This document shows positions 19,381-30,005 of a DNA stretch of 64,000 nt, in pieces. The translations under genes and the position numbers were made by a program. The notes under the pieces were generated by a model, which worked only from the letters and a program-made list of their open reading frames with translations, was not told the origin of the DNA and searched no databases. Numbering within the stretch: position 1 is the first letter of the stretch; the number at the start of each line of letters is the position of its first letter. The DNA is from Theionarchaea archaeon (GTDB taxonomy: Archaea > Methanobacteriota_B > Thermococci > Methanofastidiosales > SZ-28-30), in assembly GCA_018992685.1 (NCBI GenBank), contig JACVGT010000018.1:256001-320000 (forward strand), read 5' to 3'.

Positions 19381-21318
19381 ATGGATGATAAAACTGATAC
19401 AGTGATGGTGCCCCCCCAGGTAAAGGCTTTCCTAAAGCGGGGGGAAGATTTCGAATCATTCTGGGAACATGCTGCTGTCGCAGCCCAGGATGAGGTTCAC
19501 TGGTTCAAGCCATGGGACAAGGTAATCGACTGGACTGGACCCACTTTTTCCTGGTACCCTGGCGGAATTACCAACATCTGCTACAACTGTGTGGATGTGA
19601 ATGTGCTCAAAGGAAGGGCAGGGAGAGCTGCTTTTATCTATGAGAGTGGAGAAAAGAATGAGACCTGTGTAATCACCTATGGGCAGCTTTTGAAGATGGT
19701 TAACCAGTATGCTGCGTGTCTCCGGGGAATGGGTGTGAAAAAAGGTGACCCTGTTGCCATCTACATGCCCATGCGTCTTGAATCCGTGGTTTCCATGCTG
19801 GCATGCGCTCGCATAGGTGCCATTCATGTGGTGATCTTTGCTGGGTTTTCTGCCAAGGCGGTGGCCGATCGGATCAAGATCTCTGACACAAAATATGTCT
19901 TGACCCAGGATGAAGGATCCCGGAGAGGAAACCCTGTTCCTTTGAAGCCCACGGTTGATGAGGCTTTGAGACAGGTATCTGATCAGGTCGAAAAGGTTGT
20001 GGTGCTGCGAGCGAATCCTGATAACGGATACTCCATGAAAAAGGGAAGAGACATTTCATGGGAGGAGTTTCTCGCCCTTGGAGACGGTTCAAAAGGTGAT
20101 GTGGAGTATATGGAGGCAAATGAACCTCTTTTCATGCTGCCGACTTCGGGGACCACAGCTCTGCCAAAGGTCACTGTCCAGAATCATGGTGGATACCAGG
20201 TATATGTGTATTCCATGGGGAAATGGATCTACAAAATGAGAGAGAATGACGTGTGGTTCTGCACGTCGGATATCGGCTGGATTGTGGGCCACAGTTACAA
20301 TGTCTATGGCCCGCTGCTAGCAGGGTGCACTTCTGTCTTATACGAGGGAACCCCAGATTATCCCAAAAAGGACATGTGGTGGGACGTGCTTGACAGAAAC
20401 AAAGCAACAGCCTGGTGGGTCTCACCTACTGGAGTCAGAGGACTAATGCGATTGGGCAATGAACACGCCATTGCTCATGATATTTCCAGTGTAGAACGGG
20501 TCTTTTGTGCAGGTGAAGTGCTCAACCCTGCGGCATGGAGATGGCTGCAGGAGGAAGTGTTCCATGGAGAGATCCCGGTTATCGACCATATGTGGCAGAC
20601 AGAGACCTCAGGCCCCTTGATTGCCAATCCTTATGGACTAGGAATGTTACCCATAAAATCAGGATCTTCGGGGCTTCCTGTTCCGGGTGTAACGGTGGAC
20701 ATTGTTGATGAAATGACAGGAGAGTCGCTTCCTCGCGGGACCAAGGGAGTTCTGGTGGCCAAGAACCCGTTTCCTGGATTAACCCCCACGTTGTGGAGAA
20801 ACGAGGAAAGATATCTGGAAGAATACTGGAAAAAATTCGACCAGAAAAAGGTGTACTACTCGGGCGACGCTGCCTATGTTGACGAGGATGGGTACATCTG
20901 GTTTGTGGGTCGATCTGACGAGGTCATCAAGATCGCGTCTCACCGGATTGGAACAATTGAAATTGAGAATGCCTTGATATCCCACCCTGCAGTGGTGGAA
21001 GTTGGTGTCAGCGGCGTTCCTGATGAACTGCGGGGAGAGGTGGCCTGTGCTTTTGTGGTGCTGAGAAATGATGTGGATCCCCGTGAAGACCTGAAGAAAG
21101 AGCTTATTCAGCATGTCCGAAATACTATGGGTCCTATTGTAGTAATAAAGGATATTGAATTTGTTAATCAGCTACCCAAGACACGGAGCGGTAAGATTTT
21201 GCGGAGGGTCATGAAAGCACTATGGGTTTCCAAAGACCTGGGTGACTTGTCCACAATAGAAGAAGAAGCCTCTATCAAGGAAATTCGAGAAGCTGTAGAG
21301 AAAATGAGAGATCTCTAG
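19381..21318 (+). CDS. acs: AMP-forming acetyl/propionyl-CoA synthetase
   Basis: NICYNCVD, DIGWIVGHSY, DHMWQTET, YYSGD, GRSDEVI, LPKTRSGKILRR. Confidence 0.88.
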   Translation: MDDKTDTVMVPPQVKAFLKRGEDFESFWEHAAVAAQDEVHWFKPWDKVIDWTGPTFSWYPGGITNICYNCVDVNVLKGRAGRAAFIYESGEKNETCVITYGQLLKMVNQYAACLRGMGVKKGDPVAIYMPMRLESVVSMLACARIGAIHVVIFAGFSAKAVADRIKISDTKYVLTQDEGSRRGNPVPLKPTVDEALRQVSDQVEKVVVLRANPDNGYSMKKGRDISWEEFLALGDGSKGDVEYMEANEPLFMLPTSGTTALPKVTVQNHGGYQVYVYSMGKWIYKMRENDVWFCTSDIGWIVGHSYNVYGPLLAGCTSVLYEGTPDYPKKDMWWDVLDRNKATAWWVSPTGVRGLMRLGNEHAIAHDISSVERVFCAGEVLNPAAWRWLQEEVFHGEIPVIDHMWQTETSGPLIANPYGLGMLPIKSGSSGLPVPGVTVDIVDEMTGESLPRGTKGVLVAKNPFPGLTPTLWRNEERYLEEYWKKFDQKKVYYSGDAAYVDEDGYIWFVGRSDEVIKIASHRIGTIEIENALISHPAVVEVGVSGVPDELRGEVACAFVVLRNDVDPREDLKKELIQHVRNTMGPIVVIKDIEFVNQLPKTRSGKILRRVMKALWVSKDLGDLSTIEEEASIKEIREAVEKMRDL

Positions 21319-24300
21319 CTTTCCTTTTTCCCTGATTGTTCATCTTCAGGGTGACTGGAAAGGAAGTGATCTGCACCTTGTAAAGCTACTAGGAGTTCCC
21401 TCACCACTGCGGTACGGGGATGTTCCTCACCAAGAACTCCTTTGAAGATACGATATGCCTCTTGAAAACATTCATGTGCCGCCCCGGGATTGCCCAGATC
21501 TCCGTAGACCATTCCAAAGTTTCTCAGATCTCGTGCTACCTTTGGATGTGTCTCTCCGTAGATCCTCTTATCAATGGACAGTGCTTCTTCGATATACTCT
21601 CGAGCCTTCTGAAGATCACCAAGATCACGCCAAACAGAGCCCATGTTGCTGAGCCTTAGAGCAACCTTTGGATGATTCTCACCGTATGTCACTCGGTCAA
21701 TGGCGAGGGCTTTCTCACCGCACGCAATTGCTTCCTCCAATTTCCCCACATCCTTCCAGACTGACCCTATGTTATTGAAAGCCGTCGCAATCCTAGGATG
21801 ATCTTCTCCATATACCTCTTTAGTAATAGACAGGGACTCTTCAAAGTAGTGTAGAGCTTTCTGCGGATTGCCAAGGCTTCTCCAGGCAAGGCCGAGACTG
21901 TTGAGTGCAAGGGCAATACTGGGATGCCTCTCATGGTATGTCTCTTGAACAATTGATAGTGCTCTTTCGTAGTATTCGAGGGCTCTTTTTGGATTGCCAA
22001 GATCTCTCAAAGCTCCTCCAATGTTATTGAGCCTTGATGCCACCCTGGGATGCTTCTTCCCGTAAACCTCTTCATCAATTGACAGTGCTCTTTCGTAGTA
22101 TTCGAGGGCTCTTTTTGGATTGCCAAGATCTCTCAAAGCTCCTCCAATGTTATTGAGCCTTGATGCCACCCTTGGATGCTTCTTACCATATATTGCTTCA
22201 TCGATTGATAGAGCGCTCTCGAAGTAGTGTAGAGCTTTCTGTGGATTGCCAAGGCTTCTCCATGCAAGGCCGAGATTGTTGAGTGCATGGGCAATAGCGG
22301 GATGCCTCTCATAGTATGTCTCTTGAACAATTGACAGAGCCTTTTCATGGTATTCGAGGGCTCTTTTTGGATTGCCAAGATCTCTCAAAGCTCCTCCAAT
22401 GTTATTGAACCTCAGAGCTACCCTGGGATGCTTCTTCCCGTAAACCTCTTCATCAATTGACAGTGCTCTTTCGTAGTATTCGAGGGCTCTTTTTGGATTG
22501 CCAAGACCCTTCAAAGCTCCTCCAATGTTATTGAGCCTTGATGCCACCCTTGGATGCTTCTTACCATATATTGCTTCATCGATTGATAGAGCCTTTTCGT
22601 AATACTCAAGGGCTTTCTGCTGATTGCCGAGGCTCTTCAAAGCTGCACCAATGTTGTTGATGAGTGTTGCTACTTTGGGATGCCTTTCCCCGTACATCTC
22701 TCTATCGATTTCCAGTGCCTTCTCATAATACTCAAGGGCTTTCCTCGAGTCACCCAAGATCCTCCAGATCAGTCCCAAGCTATTATAAAGTGATGGAATC
22801 TGTTCTTTTCCCGCTTCACCTTCTTCTTCTGCGATGGAGAGCGCTTCTACTAGATACAGGAGAGCTTTCTGTGACCTACCAAGATTTCTCCAGACAGAGG
22901 CCAAGTCCTGAAGGTCTTTTCCCACTTCAAGATGCCTTTCTCCATATATCTCTTTGTCAATGGAGAGAGCTTTTTCATAGTATTCAAGGGCTTTTTTCAG
23001 ATTGCCGAGATCCATCCAAGCTCCTCCAAGACCACTGTATGCAAGAGCCGTTTCTGAGTGCTTTTCTCCATATAGCCCAAGGGCAATGGCAAGAGCTTGT
23101 TCAAAATGCTCAATCGCCTTTTTCGGGTTCCCCGTATCTCCATATACCTCGCCGAGTTCGCACAAGAAAACTGCAAAGTGACCGTCTCTTTTTGGTGATG
23201 ACAGTCCAGAGAGAATAGAAGTCCCTTCACTGAGGGCTTTCTCAAAGGCAAAGGAGTCTCTCAACTGTGATAAGAGTTTCCCTCCCTCTTCAACAGCAAT
23301 GTCCTGCATCCCACTTTCAAGAGCATGATGAACGAGTTCTGAAGCGCATATTGCATCAAAATGGTCTCTTGATGACAGAATCTTCTTGTAGTATTCTACA
23401 GCAAGCTGATGACAGGATCTTCTTTCCTGGTTCGAGATATCAGAAAAAATCCTGCCACGGAGAAGAGGTGACACCCAGTAGTACAGTGAGTCTTCAGCCC
23501 CCCGTCTATCTTGCTCCATCAGACTGAGTTCGACGCCTAACCTCAAAAACGAATCCCATCCGCTTATGCTCCTGCACACAATCCCTATCCCTTCCTTTGT
23601 AACAGGGACACCATACACGGATGAATATTTCACTGTTTGCTGGAATCCTTCGGACTGCTTGTTCATTATTTCCTCCAAGAGTAATCCCTGGACAAATTCG
23701 TCTTCCTTGTCTTTGACTGCCAAAAGCAGGGGTTCCACATCCAGGTTTTTCTCTACTTCCAGTAGCATGTCCAAAGCTTCCATGAGTCGGGGGTTTCCTC
23801 TTCCGGTTTCTATTAGCATTTCACGGGTTTTCAGATCAGGATAACTGGCTATGGACTTTAGTCCTGCGATCTTCTTTTTCTCGTCAGCTCCCCTGAAACT
23901 TGTCAATCCAATCAGCTCCAGCTGTTCCTGTACCAGGTCTCGGTCATTGTCCACCAAAGGGAACACGTATCGACAGGTGATGACGATCTGACTCATTTTG
24001 GAAGCATACGGCAGATTCCTGAGCAGCGCCCTCAGAATAGGAGCTGCTTCGCAGGAAATGACAGCTCCTTGTCCAATCCTTTTCAGATTCTTCTCAAAGT
24101 CGTCGAGCAATATGAAGTAATTATTGTCCTGAAAAGAAGAAAAGCACAGTCTCATGACCTTGTCCAGAAAGTCCTCTTTTTCTCGTAATATTTTCAGCCC
24201 ATTCTTGTCTTCTGCTCTCATGAAGCCATGTTTCACAGCTTCCAGAAAAGTCAATTCGTTGAGGTTCCCATGGACAACGATGAGGACGTGATCTTTGAGC

Positions 24301-25430
24301 CTTTCGCACAACTTGCCTGCGAGGCAGCTCTTTCCCAATCCCCCAGTCCCATGCAGCAAGAGCCCAATTTTTTCCTCATTCTCCCTCAAACATCTGATTC
24401 CTCTCTGGATTTGTCTCCTCCTTCCAATGAACCCTTTTTTCAGGACTCTTACTTGACTGTTCTCCAGATACCTGTACTGAATCTCCCGTTTTCTCGTTCT
24501 TCGCTTTTGGCCCTTTTTCACTACTGGAATATCCAGTGGAGTTCCGTCAGAAAAGAGCCTAAGCAAAGGCCAATCCGGCAATCCCCGTCGGAACAGCTCA
24601 CGACGAATAGAAAATGCTGCATCAAGGACAGATCTTCCTCTGGACAATTCAAAGTACAATTTCTCTGCAGCAAGAATTGCCCCAGCATCTGACACTGGTC
24701 GTGCCCAGCCCAGAACAAGTGAACTGTGATCCAGGACAAGTTGATGAGCAAAAGATGCACTTGTATAATATGACATCTCTGCTGTATGACATGCAGAAAG
24801 AAAAATCAATCGAGGCTGGCTGAAACTCTGGGACAGCGCATTCCATAAATCCGAGGGGTACACCTTGTCCGGGCATCCCACTTCATCCTCCATCCAGAAA
24901 AAAGGCCCTCTGTCATCAATTCCGGCATGTCCAGAGAGATGGATGACGTCATACTCGGTTCTGCTGCAACACTCCCTGAATCCTTCCAGAGAGCCTGTAT
25001 CCTCCACATCCATGACAATGGGGAGCATCTTGGTAACTTCAAAGATCGTTTCCTCCTCTTTCTCAAATTCCAGGACAGGCAGTATGCCATCAGGAGAACA
25101 CGCCATGAATAAAGTCCTGAGAGGACGATTCTGTGACCTCAGTCTCTTCTTTTTTCCCCAATCTGAAACTCTATAGACGAGGTCGATCTTGGAAGGAACC
25201 AGGAATTCAGAATCATACAACAACTCAAAGGGTAATCGGGGAAGATCTCCTGTCCTCACAGAAAGCTGAAGATGCTCGCCACGAGCATCTGCATCATCTA
25301 GAGCACATTCCAGTGTGTTGTCACAGTTCAGAAGACTGAACATGGCCTCACCCAACTCGCGGGAAACACGTTCAGATTCGTGCCACGCGGTGTACTGACA
25401 CAGACTTTCGATGTGAGAAATCTCTTCCAA
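21315..25430 (-). CDS. CHAT (caspase-like) protease + P-loop NTPase + long 42-aa TPR array (start may be ATA at 25523)
   Basis: VIHLSGHA and IFLSACHT (His/Cys dyad), Walker A GTGGLGKS, Walker B ILLDDFE, GRGNPR, and many kinesin-light-chain-type TPRs. Confidence 0.88.
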   Translation of the reverse strand: MEEISHIESLCQYTAWHESERVSRELGEAMFSLLNCDNTLECALDDADARGEHLQLSVRTGDLPRLPFELLYDSEFLVPSKIDLVYRVSDWGKKKRLRSQNRPLRTLFMACSPDGILPVLEFEKEEETIFEVTKMLPIVMDVEDTGSLEGFRECCSRTEYDVIHLSGHAGIDDRGPFFWMEDEVGCPDKVYPSDLWNALSQSFSQPRLIFLSACHTAEMSYYTSASFAHQLVLDHSSLVLGWARPVSDAGAILAAEKLYFELSRGRSVLDAAFSIRRELFRRGLPDWPLLRLFSDGTPLDIPVVKKGQKRRTRKREIQYRYLENSQVRVLKKGFIGRRRQIQRGIRCLRENEEKIGLLLHGTGGLGKSCLAGKLCERLKDHVLIVVHGNLNELTFLEAVKHGFMRAEDKNGLKILREKEDFLDKVMRLCFSSFQDNNYFILLDDFEKNLKRIGQGAVISCEAAPILRALLRNLPYASKMSQIVITCRYVFPLVDNDRDLVQEQLELIGLTSFRGADEKKKIAGLKSIASYPDLKTREMLIETGRGNPRLMEALDMLLEVEKNLDVEPLLLAVKDKEDEFVQGLLLEEIMNKQSEGFQQTVKYSSVYGVPVTKEGIGIVCRSISGWDSFLRLGVELSLMEQDRRGAEDSLYYWVSPLLRGRIFSDISNQERRSCHQLAVEYYKKILSSRDHFDAICASELVHHALESGMQDIAVEEGGKLLSQLRDSFAFEKALSEGTSILSGLSSPKRDGHFAVFLCELGEVYGDTGNPKKAIEHFEQALAIALGLYGEKHSETALAYSGLGGAWMDLGNLKKALEYYEKALSIDKEIYGERHLEVGKDLQDLASVWRNLGRSQKALLYLVEALSIAEEEGEAGKEQIPSLYNSLGLIWRILGDSRKALEYYEKALEIDREMYGERHPKVATLINNIGAALKSLGNQQKALEYYEKALSIDEAIYGKKHPRVASRLNNIGGALKGLGNPKRALEYYERALSIDEEVYGKKHPRVALRFNNIGGALRDLGNPKRALEYHEKALSIVQETYYERHPAIAHALNNLGLAWRSLGNPQKALHYFESALSIDEAIYGKKHPRVASRLNNIGGALRDLGNPKRALEYYERALSIDEEVYGKKHPRVASRLNNIGGALRDLGNPKRALEYYERALSIVQETYHERHPSIALALNSLGLAWRSLGNPQKALHYFEESLSITKEVYGEDHPRIATAFNNIGSVWKDVGKLEEAIACGEKALAIDRVTYGENHPKVALRLSNMGSVWRDLGDLQKAREYIEEALSIDKRIYGETHPKVARDLRNFGMVYGDLGNPGAAHECFQEAYRIFKGVLGEEHPRTAVVRELLVALQGADHFLSSHPEDEQSGKKES
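21830..22740 (-). repeat. Near-identical 126-bp TPR units with a 378-bp higher-order duplication
   Basis: GTAGAGCTTTCTG.GGATTGCCAAGGCTTCTCCA at 21851 and 22229 (378 bp apart); YGKKHPRVA.R.NNIGGAL repeated four times. Confidence 0.9.
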
Positions 25431-25776
25431 ATCAAGAGGGATTGTTGAATGGCTGCTGTCAGGCAGACCCCAGGTTAAGAACAGGTTCCCATTCTCACGA
25501 TGAAAGACAGCTTCATATCCTATGACTATCCCCTCCTCCTACCGATACTATTCGTTCAGGTCGTCCTCTGCGGCTCTATTTTCCTAAAATCGCTCCGCAA
25601 GTCTCTGTATTTCGCTGCACATTGAATATTGTGATTATAGTAAGAACGTGTCTTTTAAGGTTTATGGAAGAGAAAGAACAGGGACAGAGATGTGCTTCTC
25701 TCTCCCGGTGCGGAACCTACGTTGTTTGCGAACATTCAGATGAAGAGTACAGGTCAGATTCATACAGGACGAAGTA

Positions 25777-26934
25777 TCATAACCCTCTTTCTTTGTAGAT
25801 TTCCCTCTGTATCAGGAAGCGAAGAATCTCAGCAGTTCCTCCTCCAATCATCATCAATCGGGAATCTCTCAGGAACTGTTCTGTTCGGTAGTTCTTGGTG
25901 TACCCATTTCCGCCCAGAACCTGCAATGCCTTGTGTGCAACCTCAAAAGAGGCTTCCGTTGCAAAGATCTTGGCCATTGCAGCCTCCTTGGTGATTTTCA
26001 TGCCCCTATCATACATGCGGGCAGCTTTCAGTGTCAGCAAGCGGGCAGCCTCAATCACCGTGGCCATCTCTGCAATCTTGAAGGAAACACCTTCAAAGTA
26101 CTTTATTGGCCTGTCAAACTGGATTCGTTCAGTGGACCACTTCACTGATTCTTCAAAAGGAACTCTACAGTATCCCACAGCCTCTGCAGCTATTGCTGTC
26201 CTTTCAGAGTCCAGTTCATCCATCAACACTCTGAATCCTCTGTTTTCTTCGCCTATCAGGTTCTCTGCAGGAATCCGGCAGTTTTCAAACTTCAACTGAG
26301 AAACTCTGGCGCCTGCCATTCCCAGCATCCAGTGGTCCTCAACTACACTGAACCCTGTTGTATCTGTGGGAAACAGAAAAGCCGACATGCCATCCTTGGG
26401 ATGCACATCAGGGTTTGTGATGGCAAATAAGCAGATGTAGTCTGCCTGGGAACCATTAGTTATGAACTTCTTCTGTCCATTGATGACATACTCATCCCCT
26501 TCTTTCACCGCCCTGGTTTTCATTCCTGCAGTATCTGATCCCACGTCAGGCTCTGTAATGCCAATTGCACCGATCTTCTCACCTCTGATCACAGGTGCCA
26601 GGTATGTCTGCTTCTGTTCTTCTGTGGCAAATCGTCTCATGGGCGCACCAAACAAGGTTACAGATGCCATCCTGCCCATATCCATGGCAGGACTGACGGC
26701 CGAAAGCTCTTCGCAGACTATAATCTCCGTTGATAGTCCCTTGCCGGAACCACCATATTCAGGAGGATGAAAAACAGCCAGATATCCAGCATCGCCCATT
26801 TTCTTGATTAAATCCCTAGGATACCGATTATTCTCTTCGATATCTCGCGCATGAGGGGCAATTTCCGCATCGATAAATTCTCTCAACTCCTTGCGGAATG
26901 CATTTTCTTCTTCAGTGAAAAAGACGTCATTCAT
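25777..26934 (-). CDS. Acyl-CoA dehydrogenase
   Basis: GITEPDVGSD, INGQKKFITNG, RIQFDRPI, QVLGGNGY, IGGGTAEI. Confidence 0.95.
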   Translation of the reverse strand: MNDVFFTEEENAFRKELREFIDAEIAPHARDIEENNRYPRDLIKKMGDAGYLAVFHPPEYGGSGKGLSTEIIVCEELSAVSPAMDMGRMASVTLFGAPMRRFATEEQKQTYLAPVIRGEKIGAIGITEPDVGSDTAGMKTRAVKEGDEYVINGQKKFITNGSQADYICLFAITNPDVHPKDGMSAFLFPTDTTGFSVVEDHWMLGMAGARVSQLKFENCRIPAENLIGEENRGFRVLMDELDSERTAIAAEAVGYCRVPFEESVKWSTERIQFDRPIKYFEGVSFKIAEMATVIEAARLLTLKAARMYDRGMKITKEAAMAKIFATEASFEVAHKALQVLGGNGYTKNYRTEQFLRDSRLMMIGGGTAEILRFLIQREIYKERGL

Positions 26935-27054
26935 AATCTCACCCATTCTTCCTGTTGAAATCGCCTTAAATAGGTTTGGGATACTCTGTCTACAGTAGAA
27001 ATTCATCCGATGTCGCTCGCTACACACCCTTCCACACCACAAGGGGCACAGTCA

Positions 27055-27798
27055 TCATTTTTTCCCGATAAAAATAGCATATCCAACTTTTTTCTCCTCA
27101 ATCAACCGTTCTCCTTCTTTAATCAGATCAGTAAACTCCTTCTCGTCCACGATAGTATCCTGCAGAAATATCTTTGAAAAAAATCTCAACTTAGACCATT
27201 TCTTCTTCAACTTGTCGTATTGTTCCTCTGCAATCTCTGATCTATCAATACCTTTGACTGATTTAAATCCTGCTTCCTGGAATAATTCTACATATTCAGG
27301 GATCGAAGGGGAACTGAACAAACAGGTTAATTCTCGAAATTTCCTCTCCGTCTGCTTAGGAATATCATGAATAATCACTCCAGAGAAAACCACTGTCCCA
27401 TGGGGACGCAACACTCGATACACTTCTTTCAACACGTTCAGTCGATCAGGAAAAAGACAGATGGTCATCTCGCACAGGACAACATCAAACATGTCTTCCA
27501 GAAAGGGTAGGTCATAGGCAGAGGCATTCTTGAAGAAGACCCTTTTCAGCAGACGGAGCTTTCGGGCCTTTTTTGTGCCTTCCCTTATTTTTTCGGGGGA
27601 AATGTCTACAGCGTACACCTTGGCCCCAGATTCTTGAGCCAGGAAAATGACACTGTCTCCTTCTTCGCATGCCAAGATTAGAACATCAGTATCCCTGTCA
27701 ATGCCTGCCAGTTGAGCAAGTTCAGATGTGAGTTTCAACCCGCCTGGATGGAACACATCTCCGAGCACCTTGTCTATGAATCCTTTTCCTACACCCAT
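27055..27798 (-). CDS. Class I SAM-dependent methyltransferase
   Basis: HPGGLKLT, VYAVDIS, LPF...FDVV, EVYRVLRPHG; motif I is degenerate (LACEEG). Confidence 0.8.
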   Translation of the reverse strand: MGVGKGFIDKVLGDVFHPGGLKLTSELAQLAGIDRDTDVLILACEEGDSVIFLAQESGAKVYAVDISPEKIREGTKKARKLRLLKRVFFKNASAYDLPFLEDMFDVVLCEMTICLFPDRLNVLKEVYRVLRPHGTVVFSGVIIHDIPKQTERKFRELTCLFSSPSIPEYVELFQEAGFKSVKGIDRSEIAEEQYDKLKKKWSKLRFFSKIFLQDTIVDEKEFTDLIKEGERLIEEKKVGYAIFIGKK

Positions 27799-27863
27799 GA
27801 CGATCTCCTTCCTATTAGAATATAACTATATTAACCTTTTCCCTCATTTTAGGTTTCTTGTGT

Positions 27864-28529
27864 CTACCATTGCTCTCTTCGTCTCTTTCTAAAGACAAAC
27901 ACCAGAATTGCTCCTGCAACAAAGCCTCCAATATGAGCAAAGAACGCTACCCCACCTGAGCTGGTATCTCCCAGAGATAAGACTCCACTGAAAAATTGGA
28001 GCACAAACCAGGAAACCAGGACAAGGACAGCGGGCACTCTCACATACATGTACCCCAGTAAAGCATCAATACGTTCACGGGGATACAGCACCAGGTAGGC
28101 TCCCAGTACGCCAGCGATGGCACCCGAAGCTCCCAGGTTGGGGATCTGAGAAGAGGGATCCCTAAGAATCTGGGCAAAAGAAGCTATCAACCCACATAAG
28201 ACGTAGAATCCAATAAACCGCATGTGTCCTATACTGTCTTCCACATTGTTCCCGAAAATATGAAGGTACAGCATATTGAACAGAATGTGGGCAACCCCTC
28301 CATGTATGAACATGGCTGTCAGCAGGGTATACAACCTGTCTCCCCTCACGATATAGTACGGTACAATGGCGAAATTCTCATAGAACCATTCAAGATTCCC
28401 GGTAAAATCCAGGTACAGTTCCAGGATGAAGACCACAATATTCACAGCAATTATGCCATACGTAATGGCAGGAAAAATTCTCGTAGGGCGAAAATCGCGA
28501 ATCGGGAGCATACGATACTTTGGCGACAA
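27864..28529 (-). CDS. Rhomboid intramembrane serine protease
   Basis: HILFNMLYL, GASGAIAG, AHIGGF. Confidence 0.95.
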   Translation of the reverse strand: MSPKYRMLPIRDFRPTRIFPAITYGIIAVNIVVFILELYLDFTGNLEWFYENFAIVPYYIVRGDRLYTLLTAMFIHGGVAHILFNMLYLHIFGNNVEDSIGHMRFIGFYVLCGLIASFAQILRDPSSQIPNLGASGAIAGVLGAYLVLYPRERIDALLGYMYVRVPAVLVLVSWFVLQFFSGVLSLGDTSSGGVAFFAHIGGFVAGAILVFVFRKRRREQW

Positions 28530-28530
28530 C

Positions 28531-29184
28531 CTATTTAAACATTTTGGATTCCAATATCCTACGAGAAAACTGGAAAAGACTTATATGGACTCCACCGGTT
28601 GCACAGACTCCTTCCCTGATTCTGGCTATAACTTCGTGTGGGGTAGAGGCTTCAACCTCGGTATAAGCCTTTCCCACGAAGTTGATGGTATGGGCATCGC
28701 TCCCCCCGATTCCGGGAATGTGTAATGTTGCAGCTGCAGCATGTGCGCTCCTGTTGGCAAAGGGGAACACAGTAGACCCGTTGAAGGTCTCAACGGCAGT
28801 CCAGGTGTAGTCAAAGACATGATCACCTATCCCGTGCCTGAAATGATCAAAGGGGTGGGCGGGCGAAAGTACAACATCTGCGGATTGAGCTTTGGAGATG
28901 TAGTATGACAGCGGCTTGAGAATATCGAACTCTCCCAGTACGGTGCTGTTTTCAGGCGTTGTATACATGAGCAAGTGGCCCACCTGGGACGTAACCTCAA
29001 TTCCAGGAATATATACCATCCCATATTTTCCTGCAAGTGTTTCATAATCTTCAGCACTGCCAGGTGTATCATGGTCTGTTATGGAAAATCCGTCCATCCC
29101 TCGTCGAGACATGACAGCCACCATCTCTTCAGGAGATGCTGTGCCATCACTGACAGTAGTATGAACGTGAAGATCAAGCTTCAT
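28531..29184 (-). CDS. PHP-domain metal-dependent phosphoesterase
   Basis: DLHVHTTVSDG, ITDHD, PAHPF, GGSDAH. Confidence 0.92.
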   Translation of the reverse strand: MKLDLHVHTTVSDGTASPEEMVAVMSRRGMDGFSITDHDTPGSAEDYETLAGKYGMVYIPGIEVTSQVGHLLMYTTPENSTVLGEFDILKPLSYYISKAQSADVVLSPAHPFDHFRHGIGDHVFDYTWTAVETFNGSTVFPFANRSAHAAAATLHIPGIGGSDAHTINFVGKAYTEVEASTPHEVIARIREGVCATGGVHISLFQFSRRILESKMFK

Positions 29185-29840
29185 GAGATCACGAAGATTG
29201 TCATTATCAGCCCTGAAAGCACGGGTACAAAGAAATTGTCATCTATGATGGCTCTCCTGACAATGGAACCCCCTCTTGACTTTTCAAACGGTAGCGTCTC
29301 AACGAGTGCGCCACAGACACACCCCAGGAGCGCAATGGTACCCAGGTACCCGGGAGCAGTACTTTTCAATCCGGTAAAGGTTATATAGTGAGTAAGGATC
29401 ATCAGGACAACGAGCGTGCTCAGGAAACTGCATGCGATAAACCCTGCAGTACCTTCAATGGATTTTTCTGAGAACGGGTACTTGTGCCTTCCCACATTTC
29501 TACCCACAATAGTTGCAAATCCATCGCCAAAAGCCATGATAGCAAAGGAAGCTGCCGCGATATACGGTGGATAAAACCCTACACACACCATTACTGACAG
29601 AATGTAGATCAAGGGTCCCATCAAATATCCGTGGGTGTAGTCTTCCTGTCTGGCCATGGCATCGAAAGCAGCTTTCCATCGATGCTCTCTGAATACAAAG
29701 AGAACCAGTAACAGGAAAATCAGACAGATGAACAGAGCAGAATAGCGGGTGACAACCAGGGGGAAAAATGCCCATAGACCCATGCAAATGTGGATGGCTT
29801 TCCTCTTGTATTCTTCTCGTTCCATGCATGGAAATTTCAA
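29181..29840 (-). CDS. Phytol/dolichol kinase-like (CTP-dependent) membrane protein
   Basis: RKAIHI, AFGDGFATIVG, KSIEGT, DDNFFVP. Confidence 0.82.
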   Translation of the reverse strand: MKFPCMEREEYKRKAIHICMGLWAFFPLVVTRYSALFICLIFLLLVLFVFREHRWKAAFDAMARQEDYTHGYLMGPLIYILSVMVCVGFYPPYIAAASFAIMAFGDGFATIVGRNVGRHKYPFSEKSIEGTAGFIACSFLSTLVVLMILTHYITFTGLKSTAPGYLGTIALLGCVCGALVETLPFEKSRGGSIVRRAIIDDNFFVPVLSGLIMTIFVIS

Positions 29841-30005
29841 ATGGCTATTTAAGTGTTATGGGTGTCAAACATGGTAATAGGTCAATCGAAGTGAAATGAG
29901 GGGGTAAATAATTCTTTCTCTAAAAAATGACTGAGGAGGAAATAAGTACAAAGTTTCATGGGCCTTTGAAAGGTCATCTTTCTCAAGAGTGAGTGTGAGA
30001 AAAGG

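Noticed and set aside
21830-22740. Regular direct repeats as a CRISPR array
   Set aside because: They are 126-bp in-frame TPR coding repeats with no unique spacers.
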